Assembly (NCBI GenBank): GCA_964016885.1
Contig: OZ024746.1
Coordinates: 9,486,001-9,550,000, forward strand
Length of the DNA stretch: 64,000 nucleotides
Direction: 5' to 3'
DNA from: Eledone cirrhosa
Lineage: Eukaryota
The notes under the pieces were generated by a model. That model did not search any database. It saw only the letters and a list, made by a program, of their open reading frames with translations, and was not told the DNA's origin. Positions 1-15,819 of this stretch are shown piece after piece. The position numbers were made by a program, and so were the translations under genes. Position 1 is the stretch's first letter; the number at the start of each line of letters is the position of its first letter.

Positions 1-452
1 CACAAGCATTCATATACACACATATTCACAAATACACACACAAGCATTCATATACACACATATTTACAAATACACACACAAGCATTCATATACACACATA
101 TTCACAAATACACACACAAGCATTCATATACACACACATTCACAAATACAGACACAAGCATTCATATACACACACATTCACAAATACGCACACAAGCATT
201 CATATACACACACAAGCATTCATATACACACACATTCACAAATACACACACAAGCATTCATATACACACACATTCACAAATACACACACAAGCATTCATA
301 TACACACATATTCACAAATACACACACAAGCATTCATATACACACACATTCACAAATACACACACAAGCATTCACATACCCACATATACACACACAAGCA
401 CTCATTTACACACACATTCACAAATACACACACAAGCACTCACATACACACC
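1..452. repeat. Tandem minisatellite, ~36-38 bp unit (CACAAGCATTCATATACACACATATTCACAAATACA)
   Basis: About 12 consecutive units read directly from the sequence. Confidence 0.95.
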
Positions 453-643
453 TAAGTATATATTTGGGAGAGAAAATAAAAGAGAACTAGAGTTAAATTT
501 TGTGTTTATTTTTATTTTTACTTCTTGTATTGTTTTACTGCTATCATGTGACCCAAGTGACAATTTGTTATTAATTGGATGCCTGAAATACTTCTATCAG
601 TTTGAACACACACAAACACACATATATTTACATCTATATATAT

Positions 644-696
644 AGGCTTCCTTATGATTTCTCCCAAATGAAACAGTTCTAGTCCTGTAGAAGCCT
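644..696 (+). ncRNA. Type I hammerhead-like fold with mutated core (family A)
   Basis: aggcttc-CTTATGA-(stem II region)-GAAA-cag/ttctagtc/ctg-TA-gaagcct; 7-bp stem I; core G5 is replaced by T; same stem III as 39858-39910. Confidence 0.6.
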
Positions 697-1262
697 GTCT
701 ATATTAAATATTTATACTCTGCTATGTATTGAGTACCTTACTTACTGTGGTTACCCCCGATTGAACCTGGGATGAACTTATATATATATATAATGTCTAC
801 AGCATGAAAACCAGGAAGACCACAAATTAGAGTAGTACTCAAGGCATGGTTAGATACAGTGTTGTGTATGTGTGTATATATATATATATATACAAGCCGA
901 ATATTACATAAAAGAGGGACATCCCCCAACTATATAAACCTTAATCTAGTTAGAAAAATATAAAAACAATCTCTTCTCAACATATATTAATAACCTTAAA
1001 TTACCATACTAATAATGAAAAGATATGCTGATGAGAATAGGTACAAATATGCGATAATGAATGTGTCTAAAAACGTCCATAAGTATGTATATATATGTGA
1101 AAATGTATATAAATAAGTAAATATATATATATGTTTGATGTGTATAGTTAGATGTAAGTGTATTCATGTATTAAAGTGCTTATATATATGTATATATGTA
1201 TGTATGTGTATATGTATATATATGTATGTATGTATATGTATATGTATATGTATATATATATA

Positions 1263-2024
1263 TATAAGAGGGATCAGATGTTGTTTACTCGAGAGAAGGC
1301 TACGTTGGTACGGTCACGTGATGCGCATGAAAGACGACAGCTGTATAACAAAGTGCAGGGCAATAAAGATAGACGGTAGCCACGGAGTAGGCAGACCCAG
1401 AAAAACATGGGACGAGCTGATAAATTCCGACCTCACACGCTTACACCTCTCCAAGACAATGTCACTGGACCGAGACCTTTGGCGGTACTCAGTAATAGAG
1501 AAGACCCGCCTTACCTAAATACAAAGTAAAAACCTACTACAGTCAGTAGGCACCTCTATCAAAACACACCCCCGTCCCACCACCTCCACCCCACCCACAC
1601 CGCCCCTTTCAATGTAAAGTTATGTTGGTCCCACAACATCCAGGCCGAAACAAATGAGATCGTGTAGGTGTCACGACAAAAAACACACAGTCCACGCTGT
1701 AAATGTGGCCGTGTAGGCAACACGGTAAAAACTTCCCAGCCCCACACTGTAAATGTGGTTGGTGTTAGGAAGGGCATCCAGCTGTAGAAAACCCGCCAGA
1801 CAGTCCACGCTGTAATGTGGCCGTGTAGGCAACACGGTAAAAACCTCCCAGCCCCACACTGTAAATGTGGTTGGTGTTAGGAAGGGCATCCAACTGTAGA
1901 AAACCCGCCAGACAGTCCTATGCGAGCAAGACAACCACTCTTGCCTCAAGTGGGAAAACCCCCGTCCAAACCCATGCAAGCGTGGAACACGGACGCTAAA
2001 CCTGATGATGATGATGATGATGAT
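1263..2024 (+). mobile_element. 5'-truncated RTE-clade LINE: ORF C-terminus (to 1518), 3'UTR and (GAT)n tail
   Basis: Peptide [13 protein letters not shown]...GRPRKTW...DRDLWR typical of RTE ORF ends; ~113 bp tandem duplication in UTR (starts 1688 and 1801); tail GATGATGAT; homologous to 52842-53667. Confidence 0.9.
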
Positions 2025-2775
2025 ATATGTATATATGTGTATATGTATATATATATATATGTGTATGTATGTATGTGTATATGGATGTGTATGTATGTGT
2101 ATGTGTGTACACATGGACTAGAGTATGTATGTATATATGTGTGTGTCTATACGTGTGTATATAAAGATAAGTTGAGTATGAAAATGTATACACATGAGCG
2201 CGTATGTATGTACATGAATACATGTGTGTATATATATGTGTATCCATGTGTATATATATGTAAGTATGAATATGTGAATTGTGAGTATATGTATTTTGTA
2301 GAGGTGTGCAAATATATTTGTGTGAATGCGTGGGTGAAAGGATACGTACACTTGAAAGAAAAATTTAAGTCTGAATATTAATTAAGTGCAAACACAAAAC
2401 CAACCACGCATATCTTCACTATCTCTAATCCTTCTATAGATTTAGAAAAATAACCAATAATATATTCTATAAAAAATGTCAAAACAACAGATGGGAATCT
2501 AATTACTCACTGCCACCAAGAATTCTCACTGCTATCGAAAAACCACTCCTTCAACTATTCTTCTAACAACTTCACCCCTCCCTCCTAATATTCTCTATAA
2601 AAACTAAATAGGTCCTCAGTAATATTATTCTGATGAAATGACAGTAAATAATAACATTGAAATATTGAATGTCTGCATAACTAAAAGTTTGTAGATAGCT
2701 GTTTTAGGTTATGTAACTGTTATAGAAACACGTGTCAATAAATTCCTTTCAACTAAACTGTATCCATTCAAATCT

Positions 2776-2811
<36 letters not shown>

Positions 2812-2814
<3 letters not shown>

Positions 2815-3085
2815 GGCACTCCGTTGGTTACGACGACAAGTTTCAATTGATATGATCAACAGAACTCCCAGCTCGTGGAATTAACATAGTTCTGAGGGAG
2901 ATTCAGTGTGACACAGAACATGACATGGCTGGCCTGTAGATTTACAGGTACAACTCATTTTTGTCAGCTAAGTGAACTGGAGCAATGTGAAATAAAGTAC
3001 CTTGCTCAAGGACGCTACACGCCACCGGGAATCGAACTCATAACTTTACGGTTGTCATACGATTACCTTAACTACAAAGCCATAT
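2812..3085 (-). mobile_element. tRNA-derived SINE
   Basis: Minus strand has A/B-box-like head (GAGTTCGATTCC) and the CCTTGAGCAAG...TTTATTTCACATTGCTCCAG core shared with the other SINE copies. Confidence 0.75.
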
Positions 3086-5645
3086 ATAGCTGTGTATGTA
3101 CATAGTATACAGTACCAAGTTACTTGCTTTTCATTTATATATTGACCCAGAGCATTTGTGCAATCGCAGTTTGCCCTGAGATTTTGTACTTTTACATTTT
3201 GTTTTGTGGATTCTTTGGTCTATACACTAAAGAACCCATTCTTCTGCATTTATATTCTTCTCTGCTGTTCTTCAACATTCTGCTAAAAGGAAATAGGTGG
3301 TTGAATGGGCTTCTTGTTATACATATAGCTATCCTTATTGCAAAAGAGGATATTATTTTCTAATCAAATTTGTATTAAGTATCAGCACTATCAGTTAGTT
3401 GTACTTTAATAAAACTAGAAGCAGAAGTTATCAGACAAACAAAACTTTTCTGAACACTTCATATGGCTTCAGATAGATCATAATTCAGTCAGCTCTGGGA
3501 GTGTGTTGTAGTATGGCTTGATATGTGATGTTTGGCCAAAACAAGGTGCTGAACTGTAGTTATGGCATGTGTTGTCTGTTTTTTCTTCTTTTTTTTTTTA
3601 GTATCTCTCTGTGTCAATGAAGGCAGCAAATTAACAGATTCTTCTGGTTTTCTCTGCTCTGAGTTCAAATCTCATTGAAGTCATCTTCAAATTTCATCCT
3701 TCTAGAGTCCATAAAATACTAGTCAATTCCTGGACTCTATTCCTCTCTCTCTCTCTCTCTCTCTTCACTCCCCTTCTCTCTCTTCAAATCTTCCCCCCTA
3801 TCTCTCTCTTTCACTCCCTCTCTCTGTCTTCCCCTTTATGACAACCTTCTGTCTCCACCCCTCTCTCTCAATTGGCTAAGTTTCTCTGTAAAAAAAGTTA
3901 GTCATGGGAAACCCGACCAGTGGCCATTTCTCCAGAAATGGAGAAAGATTAAGTGAGAGGTTAGTTATCTCTTCTTACAGGAAATCTGATATGTCACTGG
4001 AATTGTCCAAGGATGGACTGTACAGCCCAATATGAGACAGATATGAAGAAGAGATGATTTAATGGGGGGGGGGGGGGAGTATGTATTGTCTTTGGAAAAT
4101 GTAGAATATAGCAGTCACATTTCCCCTCACTCTCGAATTTCAAGAAAACCCCCAATATAAGAACATCAAGGGTTAAGGTGGCTGTGCCAGGCCAGATAGA
4201 AAGAGGTGAGTGAGGAGATACAAAGAGAGAAAGATACAGAATGAGAGAGGGGAGAGAGAGAGAATGCCAATTGAAGGAGGAAGAAAGTAAGCTGGATACC
4301 AGGTTCATGCTATATATTGTTGTTGTTTAGCCTCAAGTTAGTTGTAATCAAACAGATCAATGATCAACAATCTTCCACTGATGGCCATTCTGTCAATTTA
4401 TGAGGGTCAGCTGAAAATGTTAAAGACTGACCAAGATACTCTAATGGAATGACCATATGAGGTTTATTTTACAACATAGTCCCTGGAAAGAAACAATGCA
4501 GTTATTAATAAAAAGAGTTGAAATTAATACATGCAAGATTTCACAGCTCTAGCATCACCCCTTCATAGTCAGTCTATGAACTTTTCAGCCAACCCTCATG
4601 TTTGTCTAATATAATATTAGCCATTGTGTCCCTTTTGTTACAATATTTGTCCTGCCTACAACAGGACAGCCCGTGTAACCCATGCTGGCGCAGAAGAATG
4701 GACGTAAAACGATGATGATGATGATTTCTAATGAGACACATAACCTGTGGTTTTCAAGTCATCTTGAAAATAATCAAAGATTTGAAAGGATTTAGTAAAA
4801 TAACTTCCTCATTATTAAGCTGGAGTTTGGAACATAACTTAAGAAAGGCTCTAACATAGGATTATGATGGAAGGTCTTTAGTTAACTGTGAACACTTTAA
4901 AATAAATTGCTTTTTATCATAGAACAAAGGGTGGATTTAGGTAGTTTGGTATCAAAAGGATTTCTGTCAGAAGGGAAGCCTCCCACCCTTTAGTCAACTT
5001 TGCCCTTCCCTCACATGCATTAGTTGTTTTTTGTCTAGATTAGAAACCAGTATGATTGACATGACATAGGGTAGAGATGATTCTGTAGTCTTGTTTGAGG
5101 TCATAACCTCTCTTGTACTTATGATATAATAAAATGAACCCAGTACACTCTGTAAAAAGGTTTGTGGTATCCAGACACAAACATCATGCCTAAGTAGAAC
5201 ATACTTTAGAGGGGCAGTAACTTCAAAGAGAACTGAATTGGCCCCTGATGATCCATTCAACAGATGTCAGTATAGAAAACAGATGTAATATGATAAGAAT
5301 GAGAGTTTGATTTCAAAGAATAAAGGATTTGGCAGCTACTTCAAACTGGTCAAGTGACAGCTTCGAGTTCTTCCTTCTTGATTTGGTATGGAGCAATGTG
5401 ATTATATTTTAACTAAGTTCTCTGTTTGATCAGTCAATGTTTAATACATAATGCAACAATTATTAGTAGCAACAGTTGCAGCAGCTGGCAGCAGTTACGA
5501 CAGAGGGAGGGTGGTGTGGTGTTGCTGGTGGCAGCTGGAGTGGTAATGATGGTGGTGGTGGTGTTGACGAAATAGTTGGTGATTGGTGGTGGTGGTAGTA
5601 CTAAGGATGGTAGAGGTGTTCTGGGAGTGGTGATGATGGTCTTAT

Positions 5646-5992
5646 ATCATCATCATCATCATTTCATTTTACGTCCGCTTTTCCCTGCTTGCAAGGGTGG
5701 GACAGGAACTGATTCTGGCTTGATTTCTACAGCTGGATGCTCTTCCTAAAACCAACCTCATTTACAGTGAGTGCTGGGTGCTTTTTTGCCATGGCACCTC
5801 CACGACCACTTTGCAGTGGAATGATAGGGACCCCAGTCCCTATCATCTCATTTCTACAGCTGAGTAAACTGGAGCAATGTGAAATAAAGTGTCTTGCTCA
5901 AGGAAACAACACATCACCTGGTCCGAGAATTGAACTCACAACTTTCCGATTGCAAGGCCAATGCTCTAACCACTAAGCCATATGCCTCCATT
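5646..5992 (-). mobile_element. Full-length tRNA-derived SINE with RTE-type 3' tail
   Basis: Minus strand: TGGCTTAGTGG A box, GAGTTCAATTCTC B box, CCTTGAGCAAGACACTT core; ends CCCACCCTTGCAAGCAGGGAAAAGCGGACGTAAAATG then (ATG)n, as in the RTE at 31121-31175; near-identical copy at 27738-28072. Confidence 0.88.
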
Positions 5993-6144
5993 ATATATAT
6001 ATTGGTAGAAGCAATGAGGGTGGTGATGATGGTGGTAACGTACCAGTGGTAGTATTAGTTGGAAGTGGTTGTAGTCTTAGTGAAGGTTTTTATGGTATCA
6101 AAGTGAGACAAACAGTACAGATTGTATCTGTCGATAATGAAAGT

Positions 6145-6297
6145 GAGATTGTGTCAATGGCTGTTGCTTAATTTCATCTATCTACCTACCCATCTACCTA
6201 TACATACATACATACATACATACACATACATACATACACACACACACACACATACATACATACATACATACATACATACATACATACATACACACAT

Positions 6298-6328
<31 letters not shown>

Positions 6329-6344
6329 TACATACATGCATACA

Positions 6345-6375
<31 letters not shown>
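6145..6375. repeat. (TACA)n microsatellite
   Basis: Direct reading. Confidence 0.85.
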
Positions 6376-6376
<1 letters not shown>

Positions 6377-6423
6377 CGTGTGCAGGGAAAAGCAGACGTA
6401 AAATGATGATGATGATGATGATG

Positions 6424-6606
6424 AATTGTTTCTACTTTTGGCACAAGGCCAGCAATTACCCAGTGCATTACTGGTACTTTATTTTATCGACCCGGTAAGG
6501 ATGAAAGGCAAAGTCAACCTCGGCGGGATTTGAACTCAGAATGGAAAGGGCCGCAACTCTATGCATCAAAGCATGGCGTCCAACCCTCTACCGATACTGC
6601 CAATCT
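6424..6606 (-). mobile_element. SINE with Meta-domain-like core
   Basis: Minus strand: TTGGCAGTATCGGTAGAG...GAGTTCAAATCCCGCCGAGGTTGACTTTGCCTTTCATCCTT...GGTCGATAAAATAAAGTACCAG; multiple copies in the window; resemblance to the MetaSINE/Sauria core is from memory. Confidence 0.75.
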
Positions 6607-6697
6607 AAAATGTCTGTTTGTCTACCAATCAGTGCTGATGATAATGGTGTTGGTTAAAGTGAGAGCTTTGCCATGCATCAGGTAGGTGACAGCATGA

Positions 6698-8350
<1,653 letters not shown>

Positions 8351-8949
8351 CCTATCTAAAGCTCTATCTCTCCCCTCGAACAAACAAATCAACAGATTGC
8401 ATCAGCAAGTTAACAGCACATTCTAGGGGAAGACTTGCTTAGCTTTCCCTGGAGATTCCTCATAGACATTGATATAAAACCCCATAATGGATTACACATA
8501 AAACCACTGCTGGCATGAGATAACTGAGAGGAAAGTTCATCAATAATATAATCCAAAAGTTCTTTCATATGGATATTATTTCATATAGTAATTCAAATAA
8601 TTCAATTGAAAAATATTCTACATTCGTTTGAGATAGGGATGGTGGTGGTCTGCTTGCTATATTTTTTTCATTCCCCCACCCTCCCCTATTTTGTTACCTC
8701 ACCACCACCACCACCCTCTCCTACCACTACCTTCTCTTACCATTATTTATTTCCATTTTTGTGTTAATATGGTGATTGTGAAATTCCCTGTTTTCATGTT
8801 CAGCTTTCATCAAGCAAGACTCCGAAAGTGTTTAGCTTATTTTAGAGTGAAAATATGACATGAAAGGAATATATTAATATTTTTATTCGCTCTTCCTCTT
8901 TTTTTTCATATTTGTAGCCATTCCCTTGAATAAAAAGAGATGCTGCTTC

Positions 8950-8973
8950 CATACATATATATATATATATATG

Positions 8974-9005
<32 letters not shown>

Positions 9006-9042
9006 CAGTAAACCACAAATCTACTGAACCATCTTGTATATA

Positions 9043-9120
<78 letters not shown>

Positions 9121-9124
9121 TCAT

Positions 9125-9171
<47 letters not shown>

Positions 9172-9198
9172 TCATCATATATATATATATACACACAT

Positions 9199-9243
<45 letters not shown>

Positions 9244-9445
9244 TCATATATATATATATATATATACATCATCATATATATATATATATATACACATCAT
9301 CATATATATATATATACACATCATCATATATATATTTACACACACACATCATCATATATATATATATATACACACACACATCATCATATATATATATACA
9401 CACACACACACATCATCATATATATATATATATGATGATGTATAT
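8950..9445. repeat. (TA)n/(CA)n/(CAT)n compound repeat
   Basis: Direct reading. Confidence 0.9.
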
Positions 9446-9709
9446 ACAACATTGTGACTGTGTGTGTATGTGTGTGTTTGCCATAAAAAAGTTGACTATT
9501 ATTAAATCAAAAATACCTTTTTATATGTACTTCAAATTAGGAATTCAGTTCACACACACACTAACAAATACCACACACACACACAAATACACATAAAACC
9601 GCAATCACACATATACACATACTTGCATGATATCAAGCACACACATAATTACAAACACTATTAGTTAAGGTAGCTGGCTTAGTATTATATATATAGATAG
9701 ATATATATA

Positions 9710-9788
<79 letters not shown>

Positions 9789-10144
9789 GCATTCAGAAAC
9801 TCCTAAACACTTTAACATGGAGGTTGAGAAGGGTAAAATACATGACATTTAGTGGAAAAGGATAAAATTGCAAACCTACATTCAGAAACTTCCATTCTTA
9901 TTTATTACGTAACTAGCATAATCTTTCATGTCATATTACAATCCCTCTCTTTATCTCGCGCACACTCACTATATATATGTATATGTGTCTGTAGAGTATA
10001 TATATATATATATATATGTACATGTGTGTTTGTATATATATATGTATATGTGTGTATGTGTATATATATATATATATATATATTTATGTGTGGATTATAT
10101 ATAAATATGCATGTGCAAGCATGAACTCATGAATTTCAAATTTC

Positions 10145-10189
<45 letters not shown>

Positions 10190-10322
10190 TAAATGTATAT
10201 ATACGTGTGTGAGAGAGTCTATATATATAGAGAGAGAGAGGGAGAGAATGAGAGAGAGAGAATGAGAGTGAGAGGGAGAGAATGAGAGAGAGAGGAGGGG
10301 AGAATGAGCGAGAGAGGGAGAG

Positions 10323-10364
<42 letters not shown>

Positions 10365-10848
10365 AATGAGAGAGGGAGAGAATGAAAGAGAGAATGAGAG
10401 AGAGAGGGAGAGAATGCGAGAGGGAGAGAATGAGAGAGAGAGGGAGAGAATGTGTGTGTGTGTTTATTTTGTGGTGCAATAACATAAAAGTGTTCGATTC
10501 AAAATTGTTCAGTATTGGAAGTCTTTAGAATGAGATATGTTTAGTTATGTGTGAGATAAACAGGATTTACATTCCCAGGCCTCAGTTTCATTTGATCACC
10601 ATTTTAGTCGACCATATATGTCAATGTATTTGCAAGTAATGAAATGGGTTGAAGGTTAGTGATGTAAACACTGCAAGTCATGTCAGCACTGCACAATGTC
10701 TAAGAGGTGTAAATCCTTCATGTCTGTTATCAAGTCATGTGTCGGAAGTGAGATTTCCCATTACAATTCCCAAGAAAGAATTTGATCCTGTGTCAGTATG
10801 TCAAAATTAGCTAGTAATTTATATGTAAATATATGTGTGTGTCAGTGT

Positions 10849-10880
<32 letters not shown>

Positions 10881-11010
10881 AAGGTAAACATAAATAACAA
10901 AAGTAACAAAACAAATGGCAAAATATATGGAAGAAATATATTAGTTTAATGCTTGAAATAACATAATATACCTATATATACATATACTTACATATATATA
11001 TTTATATATT

Positions 11011-11049
<39 letters not shown>

Positions 11050-11429
11050 GTGTTACAACACTCACAGTCCATCTCCCACCTGCCATTATATTCCTGAAAT
11101 CATTGCCGCTATACTCCTGACCCTCTTCTCCACCCTAAACCTGAAGAAACAGAGAGATGGAACAACTCTCAGGTCCTCACCTGCCAATATAGTCACTCTA
11201 ACCATGCTAGCATGGAAATCTAGGAGTAACCTTAACTGATTCACCTTCCCTGCTAAACCCTTACACCCCCAACACCCTCCCTACCTAAGAAAACCCGGCA
11301 CACGACAAAAGATGGACATCATCCGGCAAACTACATGACCGAAGCAGTATATAAATGCCCCCTTTTAGGCCACCAATGCAAGTTAGGTACCAAAATGACC
11401 CACCTCTCTAACACAAACATATACACTAA

Positions 11430-11650
11430 ACACCCTAGTACTGTAATGAAATTGTGCTGGTGCCACTCACTACAAAAGCACCCAGTCCACTCTGTATGGT
11501 TGTGCTGCTGGTGCCGCAGCAAAAAGCACCCAGTCCACCCTGTAAGGTGATAGGGGTGGAGTCATGATGGAATGCTCCCAGTACACTGTGTAGTGGTTGG
11601 CATTAGGAAGGGCATGCACATTAAAAACCAAGCCAAAACCAAGCCATTGC
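11430..11650 (+). mobile_element. Degenerate remnant of the SINE/RTE-3'UTR family (AAAAGCACCCAGTCCAC units, GGTTGGCATTAGGAAGGGCAT)
   Basis: Motifs shared with 1740-1910, 35800-35980 and 37322-37560. Confidence 0.6.
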
Positions 11651-13911
11651 ATAAGTGCGCGCGTGTGTGTGTGTGTGTGTGTGCAATTATCTTCATAATC
11701 ATTACTTTTACATCTGATTGTTTTTCATCTCAAGGGAAATGAAACAGTAATTTGCAAAGAAAACCTTTTTCTTCTGTTATACAAGGAAGGTTCCTACCGG
11801 TTTTTTTTAAAGTTTGTTTGTTTTTTTTATTACTACAATAGATGGATGTTTGCTTTGATTGATCAAGATATTGGCATGTTATCAATGCTTCATGTTTGTA
11901 TGTACAAAAATACTCATATTTCATTTTATTCTTTGTACTTTTTTAAAGGACTAGATGTAGATATTGGATATTAAACACACACACACACATATATATGGAT
12001 ATTAAACACACACATATATATATATATATACACATATGTACGTGTGTAAATAGATGCATATATATATATATATATACATGTGTGTGTGTAATCATCTTCA
12101 TAATCATCACTTTTACATCTGTTTGTTTTTCATCTCAAGGGAAATGAAACAGTAATTTGCAAAATTCAAATCTAATATCTTAATACTTTAAATCAATTGT
12201 ATTTTTCAATCTTTTTTTTATTTTTTTATATAGATTTTTGCATCATTTTGAGTAGAAATTTATTCTATAAACCATTGCAACAAATGGAGCAGAGTATATA
12301 GTTGTTTTAAATTCTGCCACAAAGAAGACTGAGTAGTTTATTATTTATTTATTTATTCTATTTTATGTCTTAGTCAGAAGTGGCAGGACAGCATCGATGT
12401 GGGTTTTTATCAGACTCAAAGATAGTTCTCAGACTAGAGGTCTCGTTTCTGTACAAAGTGGAATTTTCTACAGATACTCAATGTCAAAGAGGCTCTACTA
12501 AACCGTAACAAATTATGTCTTCCCTGACAAGCCAGGATCAGTTCATTCAACAAGATTCCACATATTTTCTGTCTAACAATTTCTCTAACAAGGCATTGAG
12601 TAACCAATGTTATAGTAGAAGAATCTGGATTAAGGTACCAAGCTGTGGGATCATGCATGAAACTATGAAGCTGCAATATAAATTTCTTAACATATAGCGA
12701 AGCTTGTAACCATAGATTTTGCTAAATTTTATACTTCCAAATCATTTCATTGTAAAGATTGTCCTGAAAGAAAAGCATCTGGTTTTGGAACCGTTTGCTT
12801 TAAATTCATATAGAATCTCCTTAACCTGCAGCCTAATTCTAAATCATCCATAGAAAATAGAGAAAAGCAGATATTTTGTACATTGATATGAAGCCTCAAC
12901 TTCAAATGACAATGAATATGGATAGTTGTGTTTGTACTTTTACCATAGCAAGTGCATAAGTAATGAAAGCAGAGTGGTTCTAACTGGAAAACAAATTCAG
13001 GTAGCTGTGTGTGATTCATTTATACTGCAACATTTGCCATATAGATTATATTAGTGTGAATATAGTTTTGGCTATAAAATAGATATCTTCGACTATAGAT
13101 ATCTTCTGATATTTATAGCTTCTTTCTATTTTGCTAAATTCTTGTCTTATTAAATTATATTGTTACTTAATCACATGTTACTAGCTACTAAATTACATTG
13201 ACTTTTTATTACAGAAAAAAAAAAATTAAAAATTAAAATTCTTCTCATCTAAGTTAGTAGCCTAACACAGTTCAGCATTTAAAAAGAAATATAAAGATTA
13301 ATTCTAAATAGCTTTCCAGTTGATTCTGTGAGATTAAACAACAATAATTTATGTTTTATAGTAACTTAAAATTTAAACTTGATATTCATGTCTTAAGTTC
13401 CAGCAATCAGTTAATAAGCAAACAGAAAGTTATTACTTAACAGTAATTATTAACATAAATTGACTTCGCTCAAAGAAATGAAAAGAAAACAGAAGAGTGT
13501 GTGTTTTAAGCATATGATGCTAAAATCATTGAACAGTTGTGATGATAGATTTATTGATCGGCATTGTTTGCTTATGTACATTTTTGTAAGTATTTTCCAA
13601 GAGGAGGAGGGGCAGTGCCAATGACCTTTGCAAGTCTTTGATCACTGATGAAATTAATGCAGTTAATGTTCAGCCGGAAAATCTCTTGGTTGTTATCTCT
13701 ATGAAACAGGTGGGGAATGGAAGAGAGATTCTAGAAAATCAGTGTTCTCACAAGGAAAGGATTGCATGTAATGTCTCAGATTTTATTCAGTCGTTACTCT
13801 CCTAAATAGGTTACCTGCACTCTGTCTTGAGAATTTATCATTTGTTTGTTTCTTCCATTTGTTTTATTACACACACACATGTGTGTGTGTACATACACAC
13901 ATATCTATATC

Positions 13912-13950
<39 letters not shown>

Positions 13951-14334
13951 ATGTATGTGTGTATATATTGTTTATTAAGACCTGGAATTTCTTCTGTGTG
14001 CTCATAATAAAGTCTTCAGAAGATGCTGTAAGTACACAGGAGAAAGTCCAGAGCAACAAAGCTCTAGCCTTAATAGAGAATATATTAATCTCTGTTATGG
14101 TATTGAGTACTCATTCTCACAACTCTCAATTCTAAGCATATATATATATATATGTGTGTATGTGTGTTACATTTTAAAATAGATTTATTCTTGAGATTGC
14201 TTATGTTCAACATGTTCACCAACATATGAACCATGATGCAATTTCAATGCATTTTTCCTGCTGCTTTTCAGTTATATCCTGAATTACATTAGTTATTATA
14301 ACTCACATTTCATCTATACAGAATGAGTTTTAAC

Positions 14335-14585
14335 ACCATCATCCTCATCACCATCGTCGTTTAATATTATTTTGCATGCTAGCATGGTTTAGATGGGTCA
14401 TCCTGTTTGAGGCGAGTTGGGTGAGGTGACCATGTCTTGCTCATACAGAACTGTTTCTGGCTTAGCTTCTACAGCTGGATGTCCTTCCTATGCCAACCAC
14501 ATTTACAGTGTGGGCTGGGTGCCTTTTTGCTGTGGCACCTACACAACCAGTTCACAGTTTGGGCTGGGTGCTTTTTTTCATGATG
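14335..14585 (-). mobile_element. Degenerate (CAT)n-tailed SINE/RTE-UTR family copy
   Basis: CATCATCC...GTTTAA...CATGCTAGCATGG...CTACAGCTGGATGTCCTTCCTA, homologous to 37322-37560. Confidence 0.7.
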
Positions 14586-14697
14586 AACTTTGAAAGCCCC
14601 AAATTCATAATTCTTGGTCCACACCTAACCTAATATACATTTGAATTTTACATCTGTATTCAATCGTGTATAGCATGCACTCAATGTTCATGTATAT

Positions 14698-14758
14698 AAT
14701 ACCAACACTATACCAACACTATACCAACACTATACCAACACTATACCAACACTATACC
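14698..14758. repeat. 11-bp tandem repeat (ATACCAACACT)x~5.5
   Basis: Direct reading. Confidence 0.9.
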
Positions 14759-15819
14759 AGAAACTACCAGAAACTACTGAGCAGGTGTATATTCATAGTC
14801 ACCGTTCTCATAAATCTATACACAGAATTTACAATCAATACATTTGTTGTGTACTTCTCTGGATGAAGAATATTTCGGAAATTGAAGTGTCTAGGCATTA
14901 TGTCAATTGATTAGCTCTCAATCAACATCAATTATGATTAACTAATTAGCAGACACCTATGTAGGTTTTATTTATTTATTTATTTTTCAACATAAGAAAC
15001 TAATGCATGGCATATAGTTTAGAAATCATTGGATTGTTGATAGAGATGAATAGATTTAGGTCATCTGTGGTTTCACTGATTAATGAAAGTCTTTTGTATT
15101 GCAATGTTTGGCTATTATGTACATTTTGTAAAGTTTATACATTTAAATTAACCTTGATAGAACCTGCACTAAGTGTCATATATTACTAAGACACTTATAA
15201 ATTGAATCAATACAATGTTCCTTTGTTTATTTTAATTTTAAAGGATTTTAATTGAACTTAGAAGATGGTGTTTGCAGATTGGATTTGCCATAAAATCGAT
15301 GCAATGACAATAGACATATACAAAATAAACATATAGTCAAGACTAATTGGTCCATCAAATATAGCCAAATGAATGTTAGAAACTTCTATCTAGGTATGTA
15401 ACTCTGCATCATATGGGTCAACAAGGCCTACAAGCTAAGAGAACCTCTGTGGTAGCTCTGGGGATGCATGTCCTTTTTTTCCACCCAACTGCCACTTTCC
15501 AGAATATTCTTCTTGTTTTCTCAAACTAATAACCGACAGAAATATAAGCTGAACCTCAACCACATAGTCACACAAGAAATAGCAGTGAAATCACTCCCAA
15601 ATCTCACCCTAGCATCATAAAATAGATTTGTTGGTCCTAGATTCTCTGCAGATAGAAACGAGATGGAAGGGCCATAATTGGAACACCTATGACCATAGAT
15701 CTATTTAAGGACCAAGAAATGTTTACAGTAACTTACACCCCCCTTCTCATACTAAGTGATATATTTTATTTTTAATACTTATCATCTAATTCATCTAATC
15801 TATTACATAACGTATTTGG

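Noticed and set aside
1-452. CRISPR-like regular repeats
   Set aside because: No unique spacers and no cas genes; an ordinary eukaryotic minisatellite
1740-1800. Twister ribozyme next to the GGTT..AGGAAGGGCATCC motif
   Set aside because: The twister core (e.g. GGTCCCAAGCCC-type P4/pseudoknot) is not present upstream in any copy here
12434-13019. Unique-sequence ORFs as possible exons
   Set aside because: No recognisable domain, stops shortly after candidate acceptors, and AT content like background
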